This document shows positions 30,815-40,393 of a stretch of 64,000 nt of DNA, piece by piece. Each line of letters begins with the position of its first letter. Within the stretch, counting starts at the first letter, position 1. The stretch is from the NCBI GenBank assembly GCA_963728665.1, contig CAVSLG010000018.1, positions 221,096-285,095 of the forward strand, given 5' to 3'. This DNA is from an uncultured Actinomycetes bacterium. Its GTDB lineage: Bacteria; Actinomycetota; UBA4738; HRBIN12. The position numbers and the translations under genes are program-made. The notes below the pieces were generated by a model. The model saw nothing but the letters and a program-made list of their open reading frames with translations, did not search any database and was not told the DNA's origin.

Positions 30815-32200
30815 TCACTCACCGACGGTGAGCCACGCCGTCACGCCGCCGATCGCGAGCAGTCCCGACGTCATCAGCGTCGCGCGGGCGTAACCGTCGG
30901 CGAACGCCTCGGTGCCCACCTCCACGCCGGCGAGCCCGGCCGCGAACGGCAACAGGGCGATCGCGAGCAGCTGTGCCACGCGTGACACGGCGTTGTTGAT
31001 GCCCGATGCCGTGCCCGTGTAGCGGTCCTCGACCGACATCAGCACGGCGCCGACCAATGGGGCCACGGTGATCGCGAGCCCGAGGCCGAAGACGACCATG
31101 CCGGGGAAGACGCCGGTCCAGTACGTCGTGCCGACGTCCACCCGCGACAGCAGCAGGTAACCGACCGCCGCCACGAGGGGGCCGACCGTCATCTGTGGGC
31201 GCGGCCCGATGCGCTGGGCCAGCCGTCCGCTCCGCGTCGAGAGGACTGCGAGCAGCACGGTGATCGGCAGGCTCGCGGCGCCTGCTTCCAGGGCCGAGTA
31301 CCCGAGCACGGTCTGTAGCTGCAGCGAGACGAAGAAGAACCCGGCCCCGAGCGCCGCGTACACCGTGAACGTCGTGAGGTTGGCGCCGGTGAACCTCCGG
31401 GACCGGAAGAGTCTCAGCGGCACCATCGGCGACGAACTCCGCCGTTCGATCGCGACGAACGCCACGAGCAGCGCCGCTCCCGCGACGCCCGCGAACACGA
31501 TCGCCGGTGTCCCGAAGCCACGGACCGGACCCTCGATCAGCGCGTAGACCACGCCGGCGAGGCCGAGGGTGACCGTGATCGCCCCCGGCACGTCGAGCCG
31601 GGGGTTGGCATCGGTGTCCCGGGTCTCGGGGATCGCTCGCGCGAGCCACCACGTCACAGCGGCCAGGGGCACGTTGAGCAGGAACGCCCACCGCCACGAC
31701 CAGGCGTCGACCAGGTAGCCCCCGATGAACGGTCCGATCGCCGTCGAGAGCCCCGAGAGTCCCGACCAGGCCCCGATCGCTGCGCCGCGGTCCTCGTCGC
31801 AGAAGGCTGCGGTGACGATCGCCAGGCTCTGGGGCACGAGCATCGCGCCGCCGACCCCCTGCAGGACCCGGGCGAGGATCAAGACCTCGAGCGTCGGTGC
31901 GGCGGCGCACAGCGCCGAGGCGAGCGTGAAGAGCAGCAGCCCTGCGAGGAACACCTTCCGGCGGCCACGGAGGTCGCCGAGCGCGCCGCCGATCAACAGC
32001 AGCGCTCCGAGCGTCAGCAGGTACCCGGTGACCACCCACTGCAGCCCGGCGAGGTCGGTATCGAGGTCACGACGGATCGCCGGCATCGCGACGTTGACCA
32101 CGGTGCTGTCCAGGAACACCATGCCGGAGCCCACGATCGTCGCGGCCAGCGTGCGGCGGCCCTGGTCGGACCGGAGCCGCAGGTTCGGCGTCGTGCTCAT
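30815..32200 (-). CDS. MFS drug:H+ antiporter (DHA2-like)
   Basis: MVFLDSTVVNVAMP, GALGDLRGRRKVF and WRWAFLLNVP; about 14 TM helices. Confidence 0.9.
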   Translation of the reverse strand: MSTTPNLRLRSDQGRRTLAATIVGSGMVFLDSTVVNVAMPAIRRDLDTDLAGLQWVVTGYLLTLGALLLIGGALGDLRGRRKVFLAGLLLFTLASALCAAAPTLEVLILARVLQGVGGAMLVPQSLAIVTAAFCDEDRGAAIGAWSGLSGLSTAIGPFIGGYLVDAWSWRWAFLLNVPLAAVTWWLARAIPETRDTDANPRLDVPGAITVTLGLAGVVYALIEGPVRGFGTPAIVFAGVAGAALLVAFVAIERRSSSPMVPLRLFRSRRFTGANLTTFTVYAALGAGFFFVSLQLQTVLGYSALEAGAASLPITVLLAVLSTRSGRLAQRIGPRPQMTVGPLVAAVGYLLLSRVDVGTTYWTGVFPGMVVFGLGLAITVAPLVGAVLMSVEDRYTGTASGINNAVSRVAQLLAIALLPFAAGLAGVEVGTEAFADGYARATLMTSGLLAIGGVTAWLTVGE

Positions 32201-32667
32201 CCCGCCGGGCGCGCCACCCGGCGAGCCAGCACCTGGCATGGGTTCTCCGGCCCCCAGATGTCCAGCTCGGCGACCGGGACGAACCCCCGCGCGAGGTAGA
32301 AGGCTCGGGTCGCGGTGTACTCGGGGCCTGGGTCGCCGTCTCGATCCGAGAGGGTCTTGACCAGCAGGGCCTGAGCGTCGTCGGGCAACCCGCCGATCAG
32401 CTCGTCGATGAGACGCGTGCCGACGCCGGTTCCACGACGGTCGGCGCGGGTGGCGATCCACGTGATCTCCCACCAGGTGCTCGCGCGACGCTCATACGTG
32501 AGGAAGCCGCTCACACCGATCTCGTCGCTCGCGACCAGGCCGTCATGGCTGCGGACGGCGGCCGCGCACTCCTCGATGCCCTCGGCAACGCCGAACCAGT
32601 CGGGCAACCCGCGCACGATCGCATCGCAGGCATCGGCGTCACGGACCGGGTCGAGAGGTCGGATCAT
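32197..32667 (-). CDS. GNAT-family N-acetyltransferase
   Basis: LPDWFG; RRGTGVGTRL acetyl-CoA motif; TRAFYLARGF. Confidence 0.85.
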   Translation of the reverse strand: MIRPLDPVRDADACDAIVRGLPDWFGVAEGIEECAAAVRSHDGLVASDEIGVSGFLTYERRASTWWEITWIATRADRRGTGVGTRLIDELIGGLPDDAQALLVKTLSDRDGDPGPEYTATRAFYLARGFVPVAELDIWGPENPCQVLARRVARPAG

Positions 32668-32712
32668 CGGCGGCCACCGTAGCGCAGGACCGCTGCTACG
32701 ATGCGCGGCGCG

Positions 32713-33823
32713 ATGAGCGAGCACACCGAGCGCCTGCAGAAGCTCCGGGAGCGGGTCCTGGCCGCCAAGGAGTTCCTTTGACGTCGACGGCAAGCGTGCC
32801 CAACTCGAGGAGCTCGAACGTCAGGCGAGCGATCCCGCGCTCTGGGACGACCAGCAGCGTGCCCAGCAGATCACGTCGAAGCTCTCCCGCCTGAACGACG
32901 ACGTCGCCCGCTACGACGGGCTGATCGCCCGCGTCGACGACGCCGTGGCGATCGACGAGCTCCTGGCCGACGAAGCCGATCGCGATCTCGCCCGTGAGCT
33001 GGTCTCCTCGGTCGCCGGGCTCGAGGCCGACGTCGACAAGCTCGAGCTCGCCGCCCTGCTCTCCGGGCCCTACGACGCCTCCGACGCGATCGCCACGATC
33101 AACGCGGGCGCCGGAGGCACCGAGAGCCAGGACTGGGCGGAGATGCTGCTGCGCATGTACACGCGCTGGGCCGAGCGGGAGGGGTTCGACGCCGAGGTCG
33201 ACGACATCCAGCACGGCGACGAGGCGGGCATCAAGTCCGCGACGTTCACCGTGCGCGGCACGAACGTGTACGGCCTGTTATCGGCCGAGCGCGGGGTGCA
33301 TCGCCTCGTGCGCATCAGCCCGTTCGACGCGCAGAAGCGGCGCCACACGTCGTTCGCCTCGCTCGACGTGATCCCGATGCTCGAGGCAGCCGACGAGGAG
33401 GAGATCGAGATCCCGCCGGACGAGCTGCGCATCGACGTGTATCGCTCGAGCGGGCCCGGCGGTCAGTCCGTCAACACGACCGACTCGGCGGTGCGCATCA
33501 CCCATATCCCGACCGGCCTCGTGGCCGCGTGCCAGAACGAGCGATCGCAGCTGCAGAACAAGGCCGTGGCGATGCGCATCCTGAAGGCCCGGCTCGCCGA
33601 GCAGGAGCGACAGAAGCGAGAGCAGGAGATGGACTCGATCAGAGGTGAGCGCAAGGCCGTCGACTTCGGGTCGCAGATCCGTTCGTACGTGCTCGCGCCG
33701 TATCAGATGGTCAAGGACCACCGCACCGACGAGGAGATCGGGGATCCACAGCGGGTGCTCGACGGCGACATCGACCGGTTCATCGAGGCCGAGCTGCGTC
33801 ACCGAGCGTCGTCGTCGGAGTGA
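32713..33823 (+). CDS. prfB: Peptide chain release factor 2, with programmed +1 frameshift at CTT TGA C (32776-32782)
   Basis: Frame 0 [22 protein letters not shown] then +1 [13 protein letters not shown]; SPF and GGQ motifs; internal SD AAGGAG 3 nt before CTT. Confidence 0.95.
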
Positions 33824-36286
33824 CGCGACGGGCGCGCAGGCGTTCCACGAAGAACGCGATGAGCGCGCTGAGCGCGAGCGCGGTCCACGCCGCGAGTCCC
33901 GCTCTGACGCCGGCCGATACGGCCGCATCACGGTAGGTGAGCCGCACGTCGTGCTCACCGGCGGACACCGCGACCCCCTGGAGGAAGCCGTCGACGGGGA
34001 CGACGTCTGCCGGCTCGCCGTCGACCGTCGCCTCCCAGCCGTCGTCGAACGTCGTGCGCACGACGACGATCGAGGGAGCGGTCGCCCGAACGTCGATCCG
34101 CACGTCTTCGGGGGCGTCCTCACGGTACGTGGCCTCGCCGGGTCCGGCGTCGGGAGTGGGTTCGATGCCGGGGTAGGACTCCACGACGGCGAGCCGGGCT
34201 GGATCGAAGGTCGGGGGGAGGATCGTGCGCAGGGTGCCGGTCACCGTGGGGACCGTGCGGAAGTTGGGCACGACCGAGACCCTCGGCTGCCACCCCTGGA
34301 CCTCGACGAGGTCGTACCCCTGGGCCCGGTCGACGACGTCTCCCTCGAGAGGCGATCCGACGCCGGTCGGCACCACGAGGTAGCGGACCCCGAGCAGCCG
34401 CACGTCGCGGAGCATCGGGACGTCGATCACCGACGCGTTGTAGAAGACGGGCAGGGGGAGCGCACCCGGATGTAGTCCCAGTAGCGGCGCAGCTGCACCG
34501 GGTTGTACCCGAGGGTGTCGTGGAGGCCGAACAGCGTGCCGCGCTCCATCGCGAGGGCCGGCCAGTCGGGCTCGAGCTGCATGAACAGGTAGCCCTTCTC
34601 GAACGACGAGGCCGGCGGCGCCCACGTGAGGTAGCGGTCGTGGGTCGCCGCCAGGAGGGGCACGAACGCGGTCGGCGCGACGAAGGCGGAGGCGTCGACA
34701 CTCGGCAGGGGGAGCGGCTGGGGGATCAGGTTCGGGTGCGCCCCGGCCTCCAGGTTCAACAGGATCGTGTCGCCGGGGGGCGTGAGCTGGGAGAAGACCG
34801 CGCTCATGACGAGCTCGAGGGCCAGGATCGAGCCCACCGCGACGAATGCCCACGGGCGGCGCCTCGTCGCGAGCTGGAACAGCGCCCACGCTCCGGCCGT
34901 CAGCCCGAGCGCGAGCACGATGAACCGCAGTGGGTTCGCGAACGCGAGCAACGGCACCCCGAGCCAGAGGAATGCCCCCGCCGCGAGCCAGCGGATCGCG
35001 TGGCGTGGTGTGAGCGGCTCGTCGCGCAGGCCCTGGATGCCGACCGCTCCGAGCACCGGCACGGCGATCACGGCGAGGTAGCGCATGCGCCCGGGGTTGT
35101 GCAGGTAGACGTCGCCGAACGGGATGCGGAGGAAGACATCGCGGATGAAGGCCGTGGTGACGACCGCGTCGAGCATCAGGATCCAGGTGATCACGAGCGC
35201 CCCACCGAACGCCCACACCACGGCGCGGCGCCGGCGCGCACGCAGGGCAAGCGGGACGCCGAGCAGGATCGTCGCTCCGGCGTAGGCGCCGGGCGTGGCA
35301 CCGAAGGCGAGCGGCCACGCGGCCCAGACCCCGTTGGCCTGGATCGAGCCGGTGTCGCTCCCACCGAGCGTGCCGATCGCGTCCCCGAGCCGGTCGTAGC
35401 CCGTCGCCAGGCTCGACGCCTCGAGGGCATCCATGCGGGGGAGCAGGATCGCCAGCGAGAGGAGGGGCATCGCGGCGAGGAAGAGCGCTGCTCGGCCACC
35501 GCTCGCGAGCGCGAGCCGAGGGGGGCTCGAGGGGTGCTCGTGTGCGTCTCCCTCCGGCACGCGCGATCCGATGACGTCGAACACGGCGCCGGCGACCAGG
35601 TAGGCGGTGAGCAGCGCCGTGCACACCACGAGGCCATGGCTCAGGTGGGCGGTGGCGACCTGGGACCAACCCAAGGCCCCCAGGGCGATCCACGCGACCC
35701 TCGCCGACCATCGTCGGCTGCGCCGATAGCCGGCGGCACCGACCAACGCCACGCTGGACCACGCCATCGCACCCGCGAACGGCATCGAGATCGCGATCTC
35801 CGAGCTGGACATCAGCATCGCGAGTGAGAGCCCTCCGGCTGTCGCCGCGAGACGAGAGCAGCGTTCGATCCGCAGGAACGCGAAGAGGCCGAGCCCGGCG
35901 ATCAGCGGATTGGCGACGATGAAGGCGCGCATCGCCACGGCGGGGGAGAGCCAGGAGAACAACCCCATCGGCAGCAGGTAGAGCCACCCCCCCTGGGGGT
36001 CCGCGGCGTAGCGGTAGCCCGCCATCTCGAACGGGTTCCACAGCGGCACGTGCCCGGCCGCGATCGATCGACCGAGGAACGAGAACCGCGGGAGCCAGAA
36101 CGTGAGGATGTCGGGGTGCGCATCGCTCAGCCGATCGGCGAACACGAAGCCCCGCAAGGCGAACAGCACTCCGGCGACGATGACCGCCGGACCGACGACC
36201 GCCAGGGCGATCCGGCGGCCCCGCTCGTGGGCGCTCAGCCGATGATCGGCCGTCCTCGCAGGTGCTGCCACCGTGGTCGCGCCCAT
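33780..36286 (-). CDS. YfhO-like polytopic membrane glycosyltransferase (GT-C), one apparent frameshift near 34460
   Basis: [17 protein letters not shown]; many TM helices; C-terminal GWEATVDG......[19 protein letters not shown]; TAAGCT 8 nt before ATG36286. Confidence 0.75.
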
Positions 36287-36378
36287 GGCGCCCAAGCTTA
36301 CGGAGTCCGCTCCCGGCCGCGCCGAGGACGTCTGGTAGGGTGACCGGGTTCGCCCTTCCCCACTCTCCTGAGGTCCAG

Positions 36379-37056
36379 ATGATCAGTCTTCAGCGTGTCA
36401 CGAAGACCTACAAGAACGGCGTCACCGCCCTCACCGACGTCACCGTCGAGGTCGAGAAGGGCGAGTTCGTCTTCATCGTCGGGCAGTCCGGATCGGGTAA
36501 GTCCACGATGATCCGGCTGCTCCTCAAGGAGGAAGAGGCGACCAAGGGCGACATCTACGTCGGCGGCAAGAACCTCGGCAAGATGTCGTCGTGGGACGTG
36601 CCGAAGCTCCGCCGCAACGTCGGAACCGTCTTCCAGGACTACAAGCTGCTCACCGACAAGACGGTCTTCGACAACGTCGCGTTCGGCCTCGAGGTGATCG
36701 GCAAGCAGAAGCACGTGATCGACCAACGCGTGCCCGAGATCTTCGAGTACGTGGGCCTGGGGGACAAGCTCAACAACTACCCCGATGAGCTGTCGGGTGG
36801 AGAGCAGCAACGGGTGTCGATCGCGCGCGCCTGCGTGAACCGTCCGCTGGTGCTGCTCGCCGACGAGCCCACCGGGAACCTCGACCCCGCCACGAGCGTC
36901 GACATCATGCGCCTGCTCGACAAGGTGAACCGCATCGGCACCACGGTGGTCATGGCCACCCACGACCAGGCGATCGTCGACGCGATGCGCAAGCGCGTGA
37001 TCGAGCTCGACAAAGGCCACGTGGTGCGCGACCAGTCGCGGGGCGTCTACAGCTGA
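36379..37056 (+). CDS. ftsE: Cell-division ABC ATPase FtsE
   Basis: [26 protein letters not shown] and [10 protein letters not shown]; precedes ftsX-smpB. Confidence 0.95.
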   Translation: MISLQRVTKTYKNGVTALTDVTVEVEKGEFVFIVGQSGSGKSTMIRLLLKEEEATKGDIYVGGKNLGKMSSWDVPKLRRNVGTVFQDYKLLTDKTVFDNVAFGLEVIGKQKHVIDQRVPEIFEYVGLGDKLNNYPDELSGGEQQRVSIARACVNRPLVLLADEPTGNLDPATSVDIMRLLDKVNRIGTTVVMATHDQAIVDAMRKRVIELDKGHVVRDQSRGVYS

Positions 37057-37967
37057 TGCGGCTCGAGTACTACTTCCGCGAGACGGCCGCCGGGCTGCGG
37101 CGCAACGGCATCGTCGCGTTCGCGGCGATGTCGACGGCGTTCATCGCGCTGTTCCTGTTCGGGCTCGCGCTGCTGATCGCCCGTCAGTTCAACCTCGTGA
37201 TCGAGGCGTGGACCGGCAACGTGCAGGTCGCGGTGTACCTCACCGACCCAGTGCGCGACGACACGGTCACGCGCATCCAGACGACCCTGCAGGAGCTCCC
37301 GGCGGTCGGGTCGATCGAGTACTGGGACAAGGAAGAGACCTGCGCTGCGTTCGATCGGCTGTTCGAGAACCAGGAGGTCTTCCAGGAGGGCGTCGATTGC
37401 GAGAAGGCGATCCCGACGTCGCTGCGCATCAACCTCGCCGACCCCTCGCAGTTCGATCAGATCACCGCGGCGCTCGGCTGCGAGGCCGACGGCACCACCC
37501 AGGAGATCCAGTGCACGGAACCGGGGGTGCGCGACGTCTCGGACTACCGCGACCTGCTCGACCGACTGACCGCGATCACGAGGGTGCTCTCGATCGGGGT
37601 GCTCTCGATCGCCGTGATCATGCTCGCGTCGGCGATCGCGCTCGTCGCGAACACGCTGCGCATGGGCATGTTCGCGCGCCGCAAGGAGATCGGCATCATG
37701 CGGCTCGTCGGCGCCACGAACTGGCGCATCCGCGTGCCGTTCCTGATCGAGGGGCTCGTCGAGGCGCTGATCGGCGCGATCGCGGCGCTCGCCGCTCTGT
37801 TCGTGATCAAGGTGTTCTTCATCGACCAGCTCCGAGGCCAGCTGCAGTTCTTCCCGCTGATCCGCAACGCCGACGTGCTGGCGGTCGCGCCCTGGATCCT
37901 GATCGCGGCGGTGGCGGTGGCCGTGATCGCGGGCACGATCGGCATGCGCCGGTTCCTCGACGTCTGA
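37056..37967 (+). CDS. ftsX: Cell-division permease FtsX
   Basis: YYFRET..GLRRN, NTLRMGMFARRKEIGIMRLVGATNW.IR.PF..EG. Confidence 0.95.
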   Translation: MRLEYYFRETAAGLRRNGIVAFAAMSTAFIALFLFGLALLIARQFNLVIEAWTGNVQVAVYLTDPVRDDTVTRIQTTLQELPAVGSIEYWDKEETCAAFDRLFENQEVFQEGVDCEKAIPTSLRINLADPSQFDQITAALGCEADGTTQEIQCTEPGVRDVSDYRDLLDRLTAITRVLSIGVLSIAVIMLASAIALVANTLRMGMFARRKEIGIMRLVGATNWRIRVPFLIEGLVEALIGAIAALAALFVIKVFFIDQLRGQLQFFPLIRNADVLAVAPWILIAAVAVAVIAGTIGMRRFLDV

Positions 37968-37979
37968 GGCGAGCGAGCC

Positions 37980-38456
37980 GTGACCCCTCAGAAGCACGGC
38001 GACCCGGACGAGAAGGTCGTCGCCTCGAACCGCAAGGCTCGCCACGACTACCAGATCCTCGAGACGCTGGAGTGCGGCATCGTGCTGACCGGCGACGAGG
38101 TGAAGTCGCTTCGCGGAGGGCGCGCATCGCTCACCGAGGCGTACGCGCGGGTGCGCGACGGTGAGGTCTGGCTCGAGGGCATGCACGTGCCGCCGTACGA
38201 GCAGGGCGACAAGCGGCGGCACCTGCCGACCCGCCCCCGCAAGCTGCTGCTGCATCGCCGCGAGATCGAGAAGCTCGGCGCCGAGCAGCAGGAGCAGCGC
38301 CTCGCGCTCGTGCCGCTGCGCGTCTACTTCACCCACGGCATGGCGAAGGTCGAGATCGGGGTCGCGCGAGGCAAGCGGGAGCACGAGAAGCGCCAGTCGA
38401 TCGCGAAGCGGGAGCAGGAGCGCGAGATCGCTCAGGAGCTCGGCCGCCGCCGCTGA
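37980..38456 (+). CDS. smpB: SsrA-binding protein
   Basis: NRKARHDY.I.ETLECGIVLTGDEVKSLR, RPRKLLLHRREI and GKREHEKRQSI. Confidence 0.97.
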   Translation: MTPQKHGDPDEKVVASNRKARHDYQILETLECGIVLTGDEVKSLRGGRASLTEAYARVRDGEVWLEGMHVPPYEQGDKRRHLPTRPRKLLLHRREIEKLGAEQQEQRLALVPLRVYFTHGMAKVEIGVARGKREHEKRQSIAKREQEREIAQELGRRR

Positions 38457-38499
38457 GCGTCGCAGCTGCGCGCGACTCGCGTGCGGCTACCATCGGACG

Positions 38500-39938
38500 A
38501 TGACCGAGCCCACCGCGCCCCGCACCGACGAGATCGACCCCGTGATCGCCCTGCTGGCGAAGGAAGCCGCGACCTACCTCGGGGCCCTCGACGAGCTGCG
38601 GGTGCGCGACGCCGCAGTGGAGTCGGTCGCCGCCTCGTTCGACGCGCCGTTGCCCGAACGAGGCGAGGGCGCCGAGCAGGCACTCCGCGAGCTCCTCGGC
38701 GGGTCTCGACGGGGCGGTGCACACGTCGGGGCCGCGCTGGTTCCACTTCATCACGGGGGGCACGACGCCGGCCGCGCTCGGCGCCGACTGGCTCACGACC
38801 GTGCTCGACCAGAACCCGGGCGCGTGGGTCGCCTCGCCGCTCGGTGGTCAGATCGAGCTCGTCGTGTTGCGATGGCTGCGATCCCTCTTCGGCCTGCCGC
38901 AGACATGGGGAGGCGTGCTCACGACCGGAGCCACGATGGCGAACTTCACCGCGCTCGCCTGTGCGCGGCGCTGGTGGGCGCTCGAGCACGGCGTCGACAT
39001 CGACGAGCACGGCGCCGCGGGTCTGCCACCGATGCCGGTGTTCGGCTCCGGGTACGTGCATGCGAGCGACGTGAAGGCGCTCGCGATGCTGGGGCTCGGC
39101 CGGTCGAGCGTCCGCAAGCTCGCGCGCGATCCGGTCGGGCGGCTCGACCTCGACGCCCTCGATCGGGAGCTCGCGGCGCTCGGAGGCGCTCCCGCCGTGG
39201 TGATCGCCAGCGCCGGAGAGGTGAACGCGGGCGACTTCGACCCGATCGACGCGATGGCCGATCTCGCCGAGCGCCACGGCGCGTGGCTGCACGTCGACGG
39301 CGCGTTCGGACTGTTCGCCGCCGTCTCCGAGCGCACCCGGCACCTGGTGGCAGGGCGTGGAGCGGGCCGACTCGGCGATCGCCGACGGCCACAAGTGGCT
39401 GAACGTGCCCTACGAGTCCGGGTTCGCGTTCGTCCGGGATCCGTCGCTCCTGCCCGCGATCTTCGGCAGCGGCGCCGCGTACCTCCCCGGCCTCGACGAC
39501 CCGCGTCCGAACTGGGGGTACCTGGGCCCGGAGATGTCGCGCCGGGCACGAGCCTTCCCCGTGTGGGCGACGCTGCGCGCGTACGGTCGCGAGGGGTACC
39601 GCGCGATCGTGGAGCGCCACCTCGACCTCGCCCAGCGCATGGCGGCCCGCGTCGACGCCGCACCCGACCTCGAGCGGCTCGCCGACGTGCCGTTGAACAT
39701 CGTGTGCTTCCGCTACCGGCCCGAGGGCGTGTCCGAGGATCGTCTCGACGACCTGAACCGGCGCCTCGGCGCGGCGGTGGTCGAGGACGGCCGCGTGGCG
39801 TTCGGCACGACCACCTACGGCGGGGTCGTGGCGCTGCGCCCGGCGATCACGAACTGGCGCATCCGCGAGCAGGACGTCGATCTCGCCGTCGACGTCACTC
39901 GGGAGCTGGGCGCCCGGGTGCTCGCGGACGGCGTCTGA
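38500..39938 (+). CDS. Group II PLP-dependent decarboxylase, two apparent frameshifts (near 38700 and 39355)
   Basis: PRWFHFITGG, GVLTTGATMANF, WLHVDGAFG and DGHKWLNVPY. Confidence 0.8.
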
Positions 39939-39982
39939 CGGCCCTCGGGTCCGGGGGCTTCAGGTCGGTCGCAGGCGGGCCG

Positions 39983-39988
39983 TATACT
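39983..39988 (+). promoter_or_regulatory. -10 element of ssrA
   Basis: TATACT about 20 nt upstream of the mature tmRNA 5' end. Confidence 0.65.
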
Positions 39989-40007
39989 CGGGGTGACAAC
40001 TGCATAT

Positions 40008-40356
40008 GGGGGTGTACTGGCTTCGATCTGGGCGTTCATCGCTCGGGGGAAGCGGGCCGTGATCCCGGATGTCACGTTAAACGCCGGACAACACACAAGC
40101 GCCAACGAAGAGTACGCGCTCGCTGCCTAAGCGGTAGCCGTCCCCCCCGGGACGTCTGCGACCGGGGGAAGGGCGTCGTGAGCAGACTCACTCCGCCGGT
40201 TCGGCCTCGGGGCCGGCGGGGGACATCGCACCGAGGCTGGCCGAAGGGAACTCTGCCGGTGGGAGCCCTGAGGCGAGATCTCACCGCCTGGCTGCGCCCG
40301 GAGAAGACCCGAGTGGTCGCCGAGAGACAGGGGTTCGAATCCCCTCACCTCCACCA
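40008..40356 (+). ncRNA. ssrA: tmRNA; tag peptide ANEEYALAA (40101-40130)
   Basis: Acceptor GGGGGUG/CACCUCC-ACCA with G3.U wobble; T-arm GGGUUCGAAUCCC; tag ORF ending ALAA-stop; smpB nearby. Confidence 0.95.
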
Positions 40357-40393
40357 TCCCATCGAGTCGGTCCGCGCCTTGGCGCGGACCGCC

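Noticed and set aside
40321-40356. Standalone tRNA gene
   Set aside because: It is the 3' tRNA-like domain of tmRNA and pairs with 40008-40014
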